From: Haliotis rubra
Lineage: Eukaryota
Direction: 5' to 3'
Length of the DNA stretch: 64,000 nucleotides
Assembly: GCF_003918875.1 (NCBI RefSeq)
Contig: NW_025767479.1
Coordinates: forward strand, 1,736,001 to 1,800,000
Below the pieces are notes generated by a model. It had not been told where the DNA came from and ran no database searches. It was given only the letters and a program-made list of their open reading frames with translations. Made by a program: the position numbers and the translations under genes. Shown piece by piece: positions 1 through 13,162 of the stretch (its first letter is position 1; every line of letters starts with the position of its first letter).

Positions 1-121
1 AAACCTGTCGTGAAAATGGAACAATAAGGTAATGTGATGCGTGAATTGACTCAACTGCATCACCGTCGTTAATGGATTATTCCTGGTTTCGTTTTGCCAT
101 GATATAACTGGAATAATTTGT

Positions 122-1275
122 GTACGATTCATCACCCTACAATAATGGTGATGACGTACGATTCATATCTCACAGCGGCGGTGGGGTAGCCTAGTGGTTA
201 AAGCGTTCGCTCTTCACGCCGAAGGCCCGGGTTCGATTCCCCACATGGGTACAATGTGTGAAACCCGTTTCTGGTGTCCCCGCCGTGATATTACTGGAAT
301 ATTGCTAAAAGCTGCGTAAAACCAAACTCACTCACTCATCACCTCACAATAATGGGGATGATGTACAGTTCATACGTACGTACGATTCATCACCTCACAA
401 TAATGTGATGATGTACAATTCAGCACCTCACAATACTGGTGATGACGTACGATTCATCACCTCACAATAATGGTGATGATGTACAATTCAGCACCTCACC
501 TTAATGGTGATGACGTACGATTCATCATTTCACAATAATTGTGATAATGTACAATTCAGCACCTCACAATATTGGTGATGATGTACAATTCATCACCTCA
601 CCTTAATGGTGATGACGTACGATTCAGCACCTCACAATAATGGTGATGACGTACGATTCAGCACCTCACAATAATGGTGATGACGTACGATTCAGCACCT
701 CGCAATAATGGTGATGATGTACGATTCATCATTTCACAATAATGGTGATGACGTACGATTCAGCAACTCACCTTAATGGTGATGACGTACAATTCATCAT
801 TTCACAATAATGTTGATGACGTACAATTCAGCATCTCGCAATAAGGGTGATGATGTACAATTCAGCACCTCACAATAATGGTGATGACGTACGATTCATC
901 ACCTCACAATAATGGTGATGACGTACGATTCATCACCTCACAATAATGGTGATGACGTACAATTCATCACCTCACAATAATGGTGATGACGTACAATTCA
1001 GCACCTCACAATAATGGTGATGACGTACAATTCATCACCTCACAATAATGGTGATGACGTACGATTCATCACCTCACAATAATGGTGATGACGTACGATT
1101 CATCACCTCACAATAATGGTGATGATGTACGATTCATCACCTCACAATAATGATGATGACGTACAATTCATCACCTCACAATAATGGTGATGACGTACAA
1201 TTCATCACCACACAAAAGAGCGACGATGACGTACGATTCATTACCTCACAATGATTATGACGTACGAATCATCAC
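122..1275. repeat. 34-bp minisatellite with internal hairpin
   Basis: Unit gtacgattcatcacctcacaataatggtgatgac; roughly 28 copies, interrupted by SINE A. Confidence 0.95.
175..338 (+). mobile_element. SINE family A (tRNA-derived, about 165 bp)
   Basis: A box tagcctagtggtt, B box ggttcgattcc, tail gctggaatattgct..(ctca)n; inserted in a minisatellite. Confidence 0.9.
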
Positions 1276-1584
1276 CGAGCTGTTCTAATGGCGATGACTG
1301 GACAACGTGGCGACGTTTTTCTTTCGACCACGTGTGTTAACTTGTTAATGATTATAAATGCGCAGGAGTTTCGCCTGCATGTCGTACTTGAGACAATAGC
1401 GGATATCTGGTTCATGGTGCACTTCGGACTTGCACCTTACATGATTCTTGAACATCTAGGTCTCTGTTTAAATTTGAAAAGGATGTGTGTTTATTGTGTG
1501 GTGTTGTGCTGTGTGATATACGTTTGCGATGTGTGTTGTACTAAGCTGTTTGTATATTTGAGCGTCGTGTCGTGTCGAGTCGAG

Positions 1585-1688
1585 GCGTGGCGTGGCGTGG
1601 CGTGTCGTGGCGTGGCGTGGCGTGGCGTGGCGTGGCGTGGCGTGGCGTGGCGTGGCGTGGCGTGGCGTGTCGTGGCGTGGCGTGGCGT
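1585..1688. repeat. (CGTGG)n microsatellite
   Basis: About 20 units. Confidence 0.95.
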
Positions 1689-2315
1689 ACTTGGAAATTT
1701 GTTGAGATACATGTGTTTGATTTACGTTTACGTTAAAACTAAATCTAACTCACCAGCTGAGTCATGTGAATTCAACACAAACACTCACGCCTTTTTAATC
1801 CATTTTGTTCAGTTGCGGGCCATGATGGTACCCCGACATGCTTTCTCTTTTCAACAATAAGCTGGTGTCATTACTGTGTTCTAACGATCTGTTAATTTTT
1901 AGACAGAATCTGTTTTGTTGGGTAACTTGCACCCGTTGCCGTTTTATAGTTTCCGAATTCGGATTAAGTCATTAAATTGTTACAATTTACTCCTGTAAAA
2001 GAAAAAACTGCTTCCTGAAATCGTATCATTAACAGTTTGATCACATTTTAGATTGTTCCTTCGTTTTGCATTGTTAAATGTATTGATAATGACAATGTCT
2101 AACGCTCATGAATATGTCCTCGTCAGATGCCTTACGGTGCAATTAATGGTCAATATTGTCTTGTTCAATAAACCTCTCGTGCAGTTACCGCAAAATTGAT
2201 CTTCCAACCGTTTCTTATTATGGTTTGCATATATCAAGTATTCATGTAGTCAACCAGTTCATCCATTCCTTAAACCCGCAGTAGCATCAGAGTTGACCCT
2301 CATCCAGCGGTAAGG

Positions 2316-2538
2316 AGTGAGTGAGTGAGTGAGTTTAGCTTTACTCCGCACTCAGCAATATTCAAGCTATAAGGCAGCGGTCTGTAAATATGTGAGTCTG
2401 GACCTAGACAATCCTGTGATCAGCAGCATGAGCACCGATATACGCAATTTGGAGACTGACCACCCGATCCCATTAGTCGCATCTTACGACAAGCATGGGT
2501 TACTGAAGGCCAATTCTACCCCGGATCTTCATGGGTCT
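2316..2538 (-). mobile_element. SINE-like family B (structured non-tRNA head, shared tail)
   Basis: gaccc(g/a)tgaagatcc..gtcgtaaga(g/t)gcgactaa..gctggaatattgctgagtgcgg consensus shared with other copies. Confidence 0.8.
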
Positions 2539-2973
2539 CCAGCAGTAGTATCGTGTTCGTGGCATCCTTTCAGTGAAGATACTTTTAGGATGCAGAAAAC
2601 CCAGAGTATACACTGCAGTTAAGCTGCAGAGTCAATCTGTCAAAATACTTTTACTTTGAGTATCCGTTTTGTTTTTGGCAAACCTAGATTGGATCCATTC
2701 TTCATAAAGACTATGAAACAAAAACTCCTTCAATGTAATTTATTCAAGTGATTCAGAGTGTATATGTACACATTCGAAGAAACAACAATTCTTATGTAAC
2801 ATGAATATTATTCAAAATCCGTTAGAAATTCCAAGATTTCAGGTTAAAAGTACAATTCTCTCATGCCTTACGTAGCAAAATGTAAGGAAGATTACATTAC
2901 ATTTCGTGAACGCCAACTGCAAGTTTAGTCAGCCAGAGAAAATATAATACATCTCACATATTTATAAATAACA

Positions 2974-5900
2974 TTAATTCCTGATTGAGTTTATCCAGTC
3001 GACATGCTGAGGCACGAAGGCATACACCCCTGGAAAGCCTGGCTTTGCACACCCCTCTGCCACTGACACCACGCCGTACAAAACCCATCTTTCCCCCCAC
3101 CGGGCAAAATAGGGGTCCACCAGAGTCACCCTGAAAAGTAAATTGCTGGTAATAAGGATAATAAGAGATAAACATACTATTTAGTGGGTGAATGGTAAGT
3201 CTTTGCGTTTTCAGTTGAATGTTAATCCATGTTGGTGTGTATTCTTTCATTATTTGAACCCCCCCATCCACTACAGAATCTTAGACCGCCTCCGTGGTGT
3301 AGTGGTTAGAGCGTCCGCCCGGAGAGCGGAAGGTCGCGGGTTCGATCCCCGACCGCGTCATACCAAAAGACGTTAAAATATGGTACTTGTTGGTCCCTGC
3401 CTGGCACTCGGCATTAATGGGTAGAACAAGGACTGGTCGGCTCGGAGTCAGTATAATGTGTCTGAGTGAGGTATTCATGCTTCATTGCGGCATGGTATCT
3501 CAGTGGGCTAGTATTTCATAATGATTCGGGGCGGTGGGGTAGCCTAGTGGTTAAAGCGTTGGCTCGTCACGCCGAAGACACGGGTTCGAATCTCCACATG
3601 GGTACAATGTGTGAAGCCCATTTCTGGTGTCACCCGCCGTGATGTTGCTGGAATATTGCTAAAAGCGGCGTAAAACCAAAACTCAGTCAGTCAGTCATAA
3701 TGATTCATACACACACGCTCTGTCGTCGTATCGCATGGTGACAATCACTGGATTGTCTGGTCCAGATTCTTCGATTATTACAAACAACACCGTACAGCTG
3801 TAATACTGCTGAACAAATACATAGTATAGCTCCTGATATAGTCACAATTGTACAATCGACTCTTCTTTCAGCAGAGATTTCTTATTGATGTGGAAATGGT
3901 TTTGCCGCTTCTATCAACACATCCAATCAGTCATTCTTTCGGGAAGACAAGAGTCATGTTGTGTCAGATAGACCTAAAATTCGTGGTCCATAGTTCTGTC
4001 CTGTTCTGTTCCGTTAAACGTTCAAGGATGCACTGTTATGGGTCTTAACAGAAGAATGTATGAAACCGGACAATCGCAGTGTTACACTCGCTCTTGGGTT
4101 TCCTAAAGACTTCAAATCTAGCTCACTCACTAACTCCCTACTGACCTTGCATGCGTCTACTCCCCCTTCTCTGAAGTACCCAGCACACAGCTGCCTGTTT
4201 GATACCAGTATATAGTCGTTGTCTGCATATGACCTTTGACAAAGGTCAAGGGGGAACAAGGGCACGTATGCCTTCTGTAGAATATCAGGAAATGTGAAAC
4301 CGCCATCTAAAGAAAACAACAACATTCGTATATGATAAAGGGCCACATCATGACACCATTTCGATTATGACAGACAAAATATGACGATCTTCCTTTTTAT
4401 ATTTGGTTGAAGGAGAATGAAATAAAACATCTTAAAAAAATGATGTTGGAAATATATGGAGTAAAATATAAAAGGTTAACGCTAGAGAATAACGAGTCTC
4501 CGGCATCTTCCGAAATATATTTTTAAAAAGCGGAATATTGATGATGATTATATGAATAGATTCCTGAAAATAACTCACAACAACAAGTGTTTGCGAGATG
4601 GGGCAGCATGTTCTGATCTACCAGTGCCTACCTCCGTGGTCATTGTTTCCATTCAAAAGGGAATTATACGTAATACTATCTATTGTTTGTCGCATAGTAA
4701 CTCAGAAATACCCTGCCATGTGATCGGATAATCATTGCGCTTGTACATAGCTGACCTGATTCAAAACTAACACTATTGTCAGTTATTTGAGAGGCATTTT
4801 AGAAGTTGTAAAGGTGAAGGAAACCAAGTTGGATGGTTTTGCTTGACGGTGTTAGTACTTACACCAAAACGCCGCACTCAATGCAATAAAGAACTTCATT
4901 ATCCATACAATTTGGATTTCCTAACACTATTGTGCTGTAGGCGGTGGAAGGGAACATTAAACTGCTCGACAATTAAATGAAACATACATGACAATTTGAT
5001 TTGGGCAAAGATTTATTCAAAGAATAAAGGGAAATCTGAAGTCTCATTGTCTCATTTAAAACAAATGGTCGGTAATGGAGATTTACGCACCCAGGAGCGT
5101 CCCCCATCCAGTGATGAGGCACCCAGAGCCAGCTGTGTAGGAAGTCCCCGGCTCAGGTAGACACACGCTTCTTAAATTTGTACTGGCACTCAGGGGTAAA
5201 TCCTCACTAAGCCTTACAACGGCGATGTCATTGTCCTCTGAACACAAAGAAAAAGAATTGGAATGGAGAAAACCTGAAACGGGGTGAAGAACACAAAATA
5301 AAGGGATGAAGAACACAAAGTAATGAGAAGAAGTAACGGGATTAAGAACACACAAGACATGACGGGATGAAGAACACAAAGTAATGCAAAGAAGTAACGG
5401 GAAGAGGAACACAAGGCATAACGGGATGAAGAACACAAAGTAATGGGAAGCAGTAACGGGACGAGGAACACAACATAATGGGAAGAAGTAACTGGATGAA
5501 GAACACAAAGTAATGGGAGGAAGTGACGGGATGAAGAACACAAGACATGGCGGGATGTAGAACACAAGGTAATGAGAAGAAGTAACGGGATGAAGAACAC
5601 AAAGTAATGGGATGAAGTAACGGGATGAAGAACACAAGACATAACGGTATGAAGAACACAAAGTCATGCGTGGAAGAAACGGGATGAAGAACACTATAAT
5701 GGGAAGAAGTAACGAGATGAAGAACACAAGGCATAACAGGATGAAGAACAAAAGCATAACGAGATGAAGAACACAAAGCAATGGGAAGAAGGGAAGTATG
5801 CTGTTGACGAACCGTAACACAAAATCAGGGCAAATATACAAGTGTAAGTTCCTGCAACGCGAGGTGTGGCTCCTCACGAAACTACGCCACCCGTGCACAA

Positions 5901-6546
5901 CAATCGTATGTAATCACACAAATACGAAAGGATATATGTTCTTTTATGTCTTCGCATGTTTTCTACAGATATGCCAACAGAGCGCAAGCCCATCACTCCG
6001 ACCACTCACTTATGAGAGTAACAGTTCGAATCCAATTCTAGAATTGTTAAATAACAAGAACAAGTTCTATTCATTTCAGTTGTAAAAACGCACTACAAAT
6101 GAATAGTTATATATGTCTGAATATTAATGAGTAATAGAATCGTAATCTTATCCGAATACATATACATCTATGAATGAATAATGTGTACAAAACTGACTGT
6201 TTTGGGAAATGGAAAGTCCGACTTACTGTTAGTTATGTTGTAGAGTGGGTGGGCGTCGATTTTTTCGGCAGTTATATTACTGAGTCTCCTTCTCTGAATG
6301 GAGCCATAACCAACTCTAAGCCTCTCAGGGTTGTCTTTCAGAGATCTGCAAAATACATCCCGTTCATTCAGTGAAAAGCTATTGATGGTACAAAAGGTAT
6401 TTATCCAGTGATATATTTGAAGATTTGAACACGAATTCGACCATCAAAGACGAATTCAACGCATCGGCTTTCTTTTGTATACAACATGCCAGTACTGCAT
6501 TTCCATTGGATATTCATTTCAATTTAGGGCGCGCGCGCGCGCGTGC

Positions 6547-6584
<38 letters not shown>

Positions 6585-9500
6585 GCACAGTGATTAAAGC
6601 GTTCGCTCGTCACGCCGAAGGGACGGGTTCGATTCCCCACATGGGTACAATGTGTGAAGCCCATTTCTGGTGTCCCACGGCGTGATATTGCTGGAATATT
6701 GCTAACAGCGCCCAAAACCATACTCCCTCATTCATTTCAATTTCAGACGTATAACATTTAAACATAATGATTCTCTTTAAAGTTGTGCTGTGCTGTATGA
6801 CGGAACTGAAAATGACTCAATCGATTAATGAATCACGTGCACGTCTCAATTCTCTATATACCAAAACTAAAACTAGATAACGAATATATATACAGACAAA
6901 GCAGTCACAAAATATCCATTGGCCCTACACAATATGATGACGCAGAACATGACGATCACGTTCCTAACACGAGATGCACATCATTAACGACATTCACATA
7001 CCTGCCATGACCGGAAACCCGTCACTAGCACCATTCACGTTACTCACATGATGAGAAACACGTCACTAACGACATTCACACGCACCGCACATGATGAGAA
7101 ACACTTTACTCACGACATTCACATGATGAGAAACACTTTACTCACGACATTCACACGCACCGCACATGATGAGAAACACTTTACTTACGACATTCACACA
7201 CCTCACACAGCAAGATACATTCACGTCACTAACGATATTCACCTACCCTACACAGTGAGAGGCAGTGACGATGTGTCGTTTATCAATGATGGAACCGGCA
7301 CACAATCTTAAGGTAAACCGTTCTTCCAAGTAAACTGTCCAAGGGAACTCCTTTTCTTCGGCATCAATGCCACCCACAACACGAGGCATGGCGTACCGAG
7401 ACGCGTTCCCGGTCTTTGAACTTAGGCCACACGGGGGATCTTGAAAAATAAATAAGTTCTTGCGTGATCACATGTCATGTTTTGTACAGAATATCTATGT
7501 TCTTGTCCCAGTCGGTATCTTAACAACAAAGGTCTTAATGATATTTATATTAATAAAATGTTGGGATCGTGGACAGAGTACCCCTTTTCACAGCCTACCA
7601 AATGAAGACAGAGCTCCGTTCTAGGGGTCAGTCTACCCTGTTGATTTCAAACATTTTTAAAGAGCACCAACAGTTCTTCATCGTACATTGGGATATTCAA
7701 CTAGTTCTAGAAGCTTAAAGTATGGAGCATATCCCTACTACAAGCATTTAAACCTGCTGAACAACGGGGGTGTTTTGAACCGCAAGGATGATTTTTGTTT
7801 GGGAGGAACTGGCGGTATCTGATGCTCATGTATGATGCTCTTACAGAAGTAGTTCATATGCATGCTAAATCATTTTGAATCATTTACATCAACCATGCAG
7901 ATCGGTGTGATCGTTGTTGTTGCACAACTGGCCGTTATCACAATAGGATCGTATAGTACTGACTGACTGACTGACTGAGTTTGGTTTTACGCCGCTTTTA
8001 GCAATATTCCAGCTACATCACGGCGGGGGAACACCAGAAGGATCGTATAGTAAATGTCCCGGAAGGTATGCGTTCGACGTGCTCAAAGGAATACCGCAGG
8101 GAGGTAGATGGGCAATGTTACCCATTGGGGAGATCGAAACATTATGCACTTGGATTTTGAAGACATTTAGTTAAAGGTTATTCTTTCCGGTAAAACTGAA
8201 TTGNNNNNNNNNNNNNNNNNNNNNNNNNNNNNNNNNNNNNNNNNNNNNNNNNNNNNNNNNNNNNNNNNNNNNNNNNNNNNNNNNNNNNNNNNNNNNNNNN
8301 NNNNNNNNNNNNNNNNNNNNNNNNNNNNNNNNNTGGACAACATTTGATGGGATTGCTTAACCAAGTCGTAAAGATAATCAGATGAAATGTTACCCGTTTC
8401 ACGTTTGATGGGATCCTGTGTACACTGGTAATAGTAGAACAGGTAAACACACACCGGGGACATGGTAAAGCAGCTCTGGAAATGGTTACACATAAGAGCT
8501 CGTTCCTGGGCAGCTGGAAGGAAGAATCACTTTGAAATTAAAATTTGACATCAAATGCATAGAAGATGAATTGCGTTTCTTTAATGCTGAACAGATGAAC
8601 TATTGAAACGTTACCATCTTAAAAATAATAAAAAACACGTTCAAACTAAGTCAATGCAAAACACATCGCCCAAACACAACAATAGCTACGTCAAATAATT
8701 TTCGCAGAAAATATACTCTCCCAAAAAAGAAACGCATATAGGAAATTCAACTGTATTTTTATGTTTATTTTGAAACATCTTGTAGGCTTTATGAGTCAAT
8801 GAAATATAGCGAAATTACACACTGGGAATGCAGACGTATCCGTCTTTGGCACTAACTCGAGGAAAGTCAGTTTGAGTGTCACATGGAGACGTGTGGTGGC
8901 GCTGAAGTCAATCCCTCGTGTGACCACCGTGGACATCCAGAACTGCACGGCATCGCCTCGGCATCGAACGAATAAGTCTCAGAATCTCGTGTTGCCCAAT
9001 CGCAGCCCACTCTGCCTGTAGTGCCTGTGCGAGTTGCTGAAGTGTCTGGGGCTGAGGGTTACGGCGTTGCACCCGTCTGTCCGGGGCATCCCACAGATGT
9101 TCGATTGGGTTTAAGTCCGGTGATCTTGAGGGCCAGGGGAGCACATTGATGTTGTGGTTCTGGAGGAAGTCTCTGGTGTGACGTGCTGTGTGGGGCCTGG
9201 CATTGTCCTGTTGAAACAACTCCCTCTGGCGATCAATGATTGGAAGGAGGTGTGGGTGTAGGATTTCGTCACAGTACCGTTGAGCTGTCAGGTTGCCCTG
9301 GATCATCACCAAATCACTTCTCCTACGGCAGGTGATCGCTCCCCACATCATAACACTGTCCAGGCCGAATCTGTCCACCTGGGGAACGCAAGCGTCGGCG
9401 AAACGTTCACGTCGACGTCTGTACATCCGCATTCTTCCATCGCGTCGTTCCAATAGAAATCGCGATTCAACACTGAACCAGATTCTACGCCAATTCGGTA

Positions 9501-12500
9501 GGTTCCAGGCCTGAACGTTGGTGCACCATTGAACTCGATGTCGACGATGTTGTTGTCGAAGCACAGGGCCAAAATAAGGTCTTCTGGCAAGTAAACCAGC
9601 CTCCCTCAACCTGTTTCTGACGGTCTGTGCAGAAAGCCTCCTCAATCCGGGTATTTGTCGAGCGGTACTGGTCGCCGTAGCTGTTCGATGACGCAGGTGA
9701 TGTACCCGGATGTAGCGATCCTGTGCCGCAGTGGTCGCTCGAGGTCGCCCACTACGAGGGACATCTGCTACCGCATTGTGCCGGCGATATCTCTCCCAGA
9801 GCCGTGAAATGGTGCTTTGGTGAACATTCATGCGTGGGGCAACTGCACGTTGAGACTGGCCAGCTTCAAGCAAACCAATGGCGATATGACAGTTGGCTTC
9901 ACTTAGACGTGGCATTTTGCGTTCGTCAACAATATTCCAAATACAGTGAATAATCGACAGACAGCGATCAACCTTTTATACCCATCATTGAGACTATCTG
10001 ATCCCCAACTTTCACGTGCATTGCATGTGAATTGTGTATTCTGTGACCCTACACGCCGAAATTGAAAATCATGCTGTTAAATACGGGTATTTTACGGATG
10101 GTGCGTTTTGTTGTGATGTTTCAAAACATAAACACCATAGGACTCATAAACAGAGCAAAACCTTTTGTAAAATGAATCACGTTTTAATTCATTGCTACAT
10201 AAAATTGCTATTTTCATGATGCGTTTCTTTTTGGGAGAGTATATAAAAAGTGAAACACGAGCCGATTGGGAAGCCAAAACAACACGTGTAATCAGGATAT
10301 ATATTTGATGCAAACAGCAAGTGAAACACTCGCAGTCAGAGATATAACGCAACTGAAATTGATCGCTTGACACCCGAACCACGCAAACGGATCCTGGGTA
10401 TGATACAGATTGGAGCCACCAATGCTGTTCTTATTTGGCTGCTCAATTGTTGCTGTAACTAACCTAATGCAACGTTTCGGACAGACCGGACAGAAATCAG
10501 ACAGGTCAAGAACAGGCAAATCCGGGTAACTACGCCCAATGAAGACCGGTTCCTGCGTCTCGGAATCGATTCCTGGTAGTGATGTCATCCACAAAGGTAT
10601 ATGGTTTGCTGACATGCAGCGGTCATTCGATTACACGTGTTGTTTCGGCTTCCCAATTGGCTAACAGATATTACAGAGGACAGTTATTGACAGCGCAGCA
10701 GAGATTTAAATGAACCTGCACTGTTTGTCGTTGGCACCGACGTGACTGACAGAGGGTCGTCTTTACCGATTTGTCCGTTAAGAGCCGATGAAAGTAAAAA
10801 CTGTTTACGGCCGAAAGGGGGAACCAAAGACGGTATCAGTGTGTAGGGCCGTATGGCGGAACGGAAGTTCTGGTGTGGGGAGGGATGTGTGGGCAAGAGA
10901 GGGAACAGTACTGGAAGGCGTTCCCGAAATTTGACAATGCAGCGATAAATGTATGGCATAAAAATTTATTGTCCAGTTGCCTTGCCATTTCTACAACAGC
11001 TGCCAACATCATAACAACGCCAGGCCCCATACATCCCGGACTTTGCAGAACTTCCCTGAAGCCAACAACGTCCAAGTGTTCCACGCTCCCGAGACCTTTC
11101 CCCCACAGACAACATCTGGGATGTCATGGCTCGTCATGTTTAACAGCAGCCACATCCTAGAGCCAGCCAACAAGAGTGAGTGAGTTGGGTTTTACGCCGC
11201 TTTTAGCAATATTCCAGCAATATCACGGCGGGGGGACACCAGAAATGGGCTTCACACATTGTACCCATGTGGGGAATCGAACCCGGGCTATTTCGTGACG
11301 GTCGAACGCTTTAACCACTAACCTACCCCACCGCCCCTCTACAACATGAATACATGTGATTGTTATGTCACACAATCTTAATTTACTCGTGCTCTCTGTA
11401 AACCCAGCCTTCTGAGAACAATGGCGACGTATCTTACATGACGTCCACAGACAAATGGGTTTCGGCGCGTCTAGTAGCAGGGGATGACGAGAAAAGGGAA
11501 ACCAAAACTTATCAATATGACGTCTCATTGAACTTGAGCGATTTTAGATTTTTGCTTTTGCTATCCTCACCTCAAGTAGGCAACCGTCATGCCAGTATTG
11601 GCTGCTGTATGACGGTCATTTTCTATATATATTTCCATGAAATTTTGATCAATTCAATACATTTTATTTCAGGCATCTATCTTTTGTGGTTTTTACTAAG
11701 ATTAATATAACCCTATAGTAAAGTTTCTTTTAGCCGTCAGTATACATTACAATGTAGGTCAATAACCTTTAGCTGCTACGAGGTAACCTGGTGTACAAAG
11801 CAACCGTTTGTCTAGTCGTTTGTCAGGCTGCAAACCTCCACATGAATACATCAGGTGTGCTCATTTCTAGAGATGTTAGGTGTCAAGACTTTTTAATTAT
11901 CTATTTGAATTAATTTTGAGAGCGTACATACGAACTTTACGGAAGAAAACTCCATACTTTATAGTAAGCAACCTTTTCAATCAAGTTACACCATAAAGTC
12001 ATTTCAGAAATTGCATCTGAACACTGGGAGGGTTTTATTAAATACATGTACGACACATTGTTTGTCAACTTGAACTCATGCTATCCAATTTGTAACATTG
12101 CAGGAACTTACTGACATGAACCTATTGTGAACGTCTAGTGGTACCAGTGGAGGATGGAAAACGTACCCTTTTCATGAATACATGTTGTCATCACTAATTT
12201 GCAGTGATAAATTTATATAATTCTCATCAATACTTCATCTTTTAGTTCGGCAAATATTCAAGACAAGATAGCGTCAACTCAAACTGTCACGAATCGTGTC
12301 ATTAAAATCTGTGAACATACTGCGGAACTGTCTCTGTTCTTTTTCAGAATGCTATCGACGAATGTGATAATTAGACACTACAATGTTACAGTAATTATAA
12401 TGTATAAGGTTGGTAATATGGATTCACGCGTTCCTTTTGGTTCCAGACTGATGGTTTGATAAACCTATATGTTTTAGTCCAAACTACATACTAATATAAA

Positions 12501-13162
12501 GACTAGTCGATTAAAGCATCGCAAGCTTAAGGGTATTGAGACACGTCGTTGTTTTGTCCATATTAAGGACATAAATACAAATATTCCCTCAATAGTGATA
12601 ATGCTATTATGACCATCACGTGCCTTTATATACCTATACTACAGCCTATTAACACTGTACATATACTAGAGATATTGTTCACCTCAGTTAATGAAAAGTC
12701 TGTACAAACAGAATTTGTCAAATATCCATCTACCAGTATCTAATAATTGGGATGTTTACTGATCTGTAATGGTCTAAAATATAATAGACCGGTGAGTATC
12801 AGTGTATGAAGAAAACACAATACCAAACAATTACCAAAATAAAGTGACAAGACCCACATACATCATCCAGATATACTTGGCTACAAATCACCATTTAGCT
12901 ACTATTAATATAGTCATGCACGAAACATCACCATGCTAAAAGGTACTGTAATGTAATGCTGTTGGAAATATATAATTAAAATAGATTAAAATTCATAAGT
13001 ACTTGAAACTGTCTTAAAGAACCTTACAGGGACCTTTGACATATACATCACTTTTTGTATATCCATGGGTTTAAAAAAATAACCATACTCACCTATTTGT
13101 GTAGAAAAACATAGCAATACCAACAAAAGGAGCAGCACTCCTTGTCGTACGCAAGCTGCCAT
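2974..13162 (-). CDS. SP1: secreted trypsin-like serine protease (S1A) with 4-Cys N-terminal module; 7 exons; one +1 frameshift in last exon
   Basis: Exons (minus): 13093-13162 signal [23 protein letters not shown]; 8394-8513 Cys module; 7247-7439 PPCG..AMPR|VVGG..FPW..TASHC; 6227-6345; 5091-5237 DNDIAVV..SVCLP..GWG; 4146-4306 LQKA..LCAG..VDACK; 2974-3130 [24 protein letters not shown]. All GT-AG and phase-compatible. Triad H/D/S and Asp189 present. Extra base in C6 run 3093-3098. Confidence 0.9.
3284..3511 (+). mobile_element. SINE family C (tRNA head plus V-SINE-like central domain), 3'-truncated
   Basis: Near-identical to 23118-23477; gtcataccaaaagacgttaaaatatggtac..cctgcctggc resembles the V domain as I recall it. 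Confidence 0.8.
3528..3694 (+). mobile_element. SINE family A with 12-bp TSD
   Basis: Same consensus; TSD tcataatgattc. Confidence 0.9.
5279..5790. repeat. Minisatellite of mixed about 24/35-bp units (acgggatgaagaacacaa..)
   Basis: Visible tandem array in an SP1 intron; source of the spurious ORFs in 5083-5898. Confidence 0.9.
6581..6735 (+). mobile_element. SINE family A (5' eroded, follows GC/GT microsatellite)
   Basis: Matches family A consensus. Confidence 0.85.
7960..8038 (-). mobile_element. SINE family A, 3' fragment
   Basis: Reverse complement of the tail. Confidence 0.75.
8714..10241 (-). mobile_element. Full-length Tc1/mariner (Tc1, D34E spacing) DNA transposon in SP1 intron 1
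   Basis: TIRs tactctcccaaaaa(a)gaaacgcat at both ends, flanked by TA dinucleotides; single transposase ORF inside. Confidence 0.93.
8908..9915 (-). CDS. Tc1-family transposase, 335 aa, first catalytic Asp mutated to Val
   Basis: Paired-like HTH N-terminus, GRPR motif, WFS(V)[28 protein letters not shown]; 34 residues between second D and E. Confidence 0.93.
   Translation of the reverse strand: MPRLSEANCHIAIGLLEAGQSQRAVAPRMNVHQSTISRLWERYRRHNAVADVPRSGRPRATTAAQDRYIRVHHLRHRTATATSTARQIPGLRRLSAQTVRNRLREAGLLARRPYFGPVLRQQHRRHRVQWCTNVQAWNLPNWRRIWFSVESRFLLERRDGRMRMYRRRRERFADACVPQVDRFGLDSVMMWGAITCRRRSDLVMIQGNLTAQRYCDEILHPHLLPIIDRQRELFQQDNARPHTARHTRDFLQNHNINVLPWPSRSPDLNPIEHLWDAPDRRVQRRNPQPQTLQQLAQALQAEWAAIGQHEILRLIRSMPRRCRAVLDVHGGHTRD
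10244..11170 (+). mobile_element. Decayed Tc1-like transposase relic
   Basis: Broken frames read [78 protein letters not shown]. Confidence 0.8.
11176..11337 (-). mobile_element. SINE family A
   Basis: Reverse complement of the consensus. Confidence 0.9.

Noticed and set aside
175-250. tRNA genes at the SINE heads (families A, C, D)
   Set aside because: Each continues into a shared SINE body and tail, often with TSDs and no proper acceptor stem; they are tRNA-derived repeats.
1288-1860. 190-aa ORF with WRGVA repeats
   Set aside because: Translation of the (CGTGG)n microsatellite.
5238-5898. Hydrophobic 271/142/144-aa ORFs suggesting a membrane-anchored protease
   Set aside because: Read-through of an intronic minisatellite; the real exon starts at the AG acceptor at 5237.
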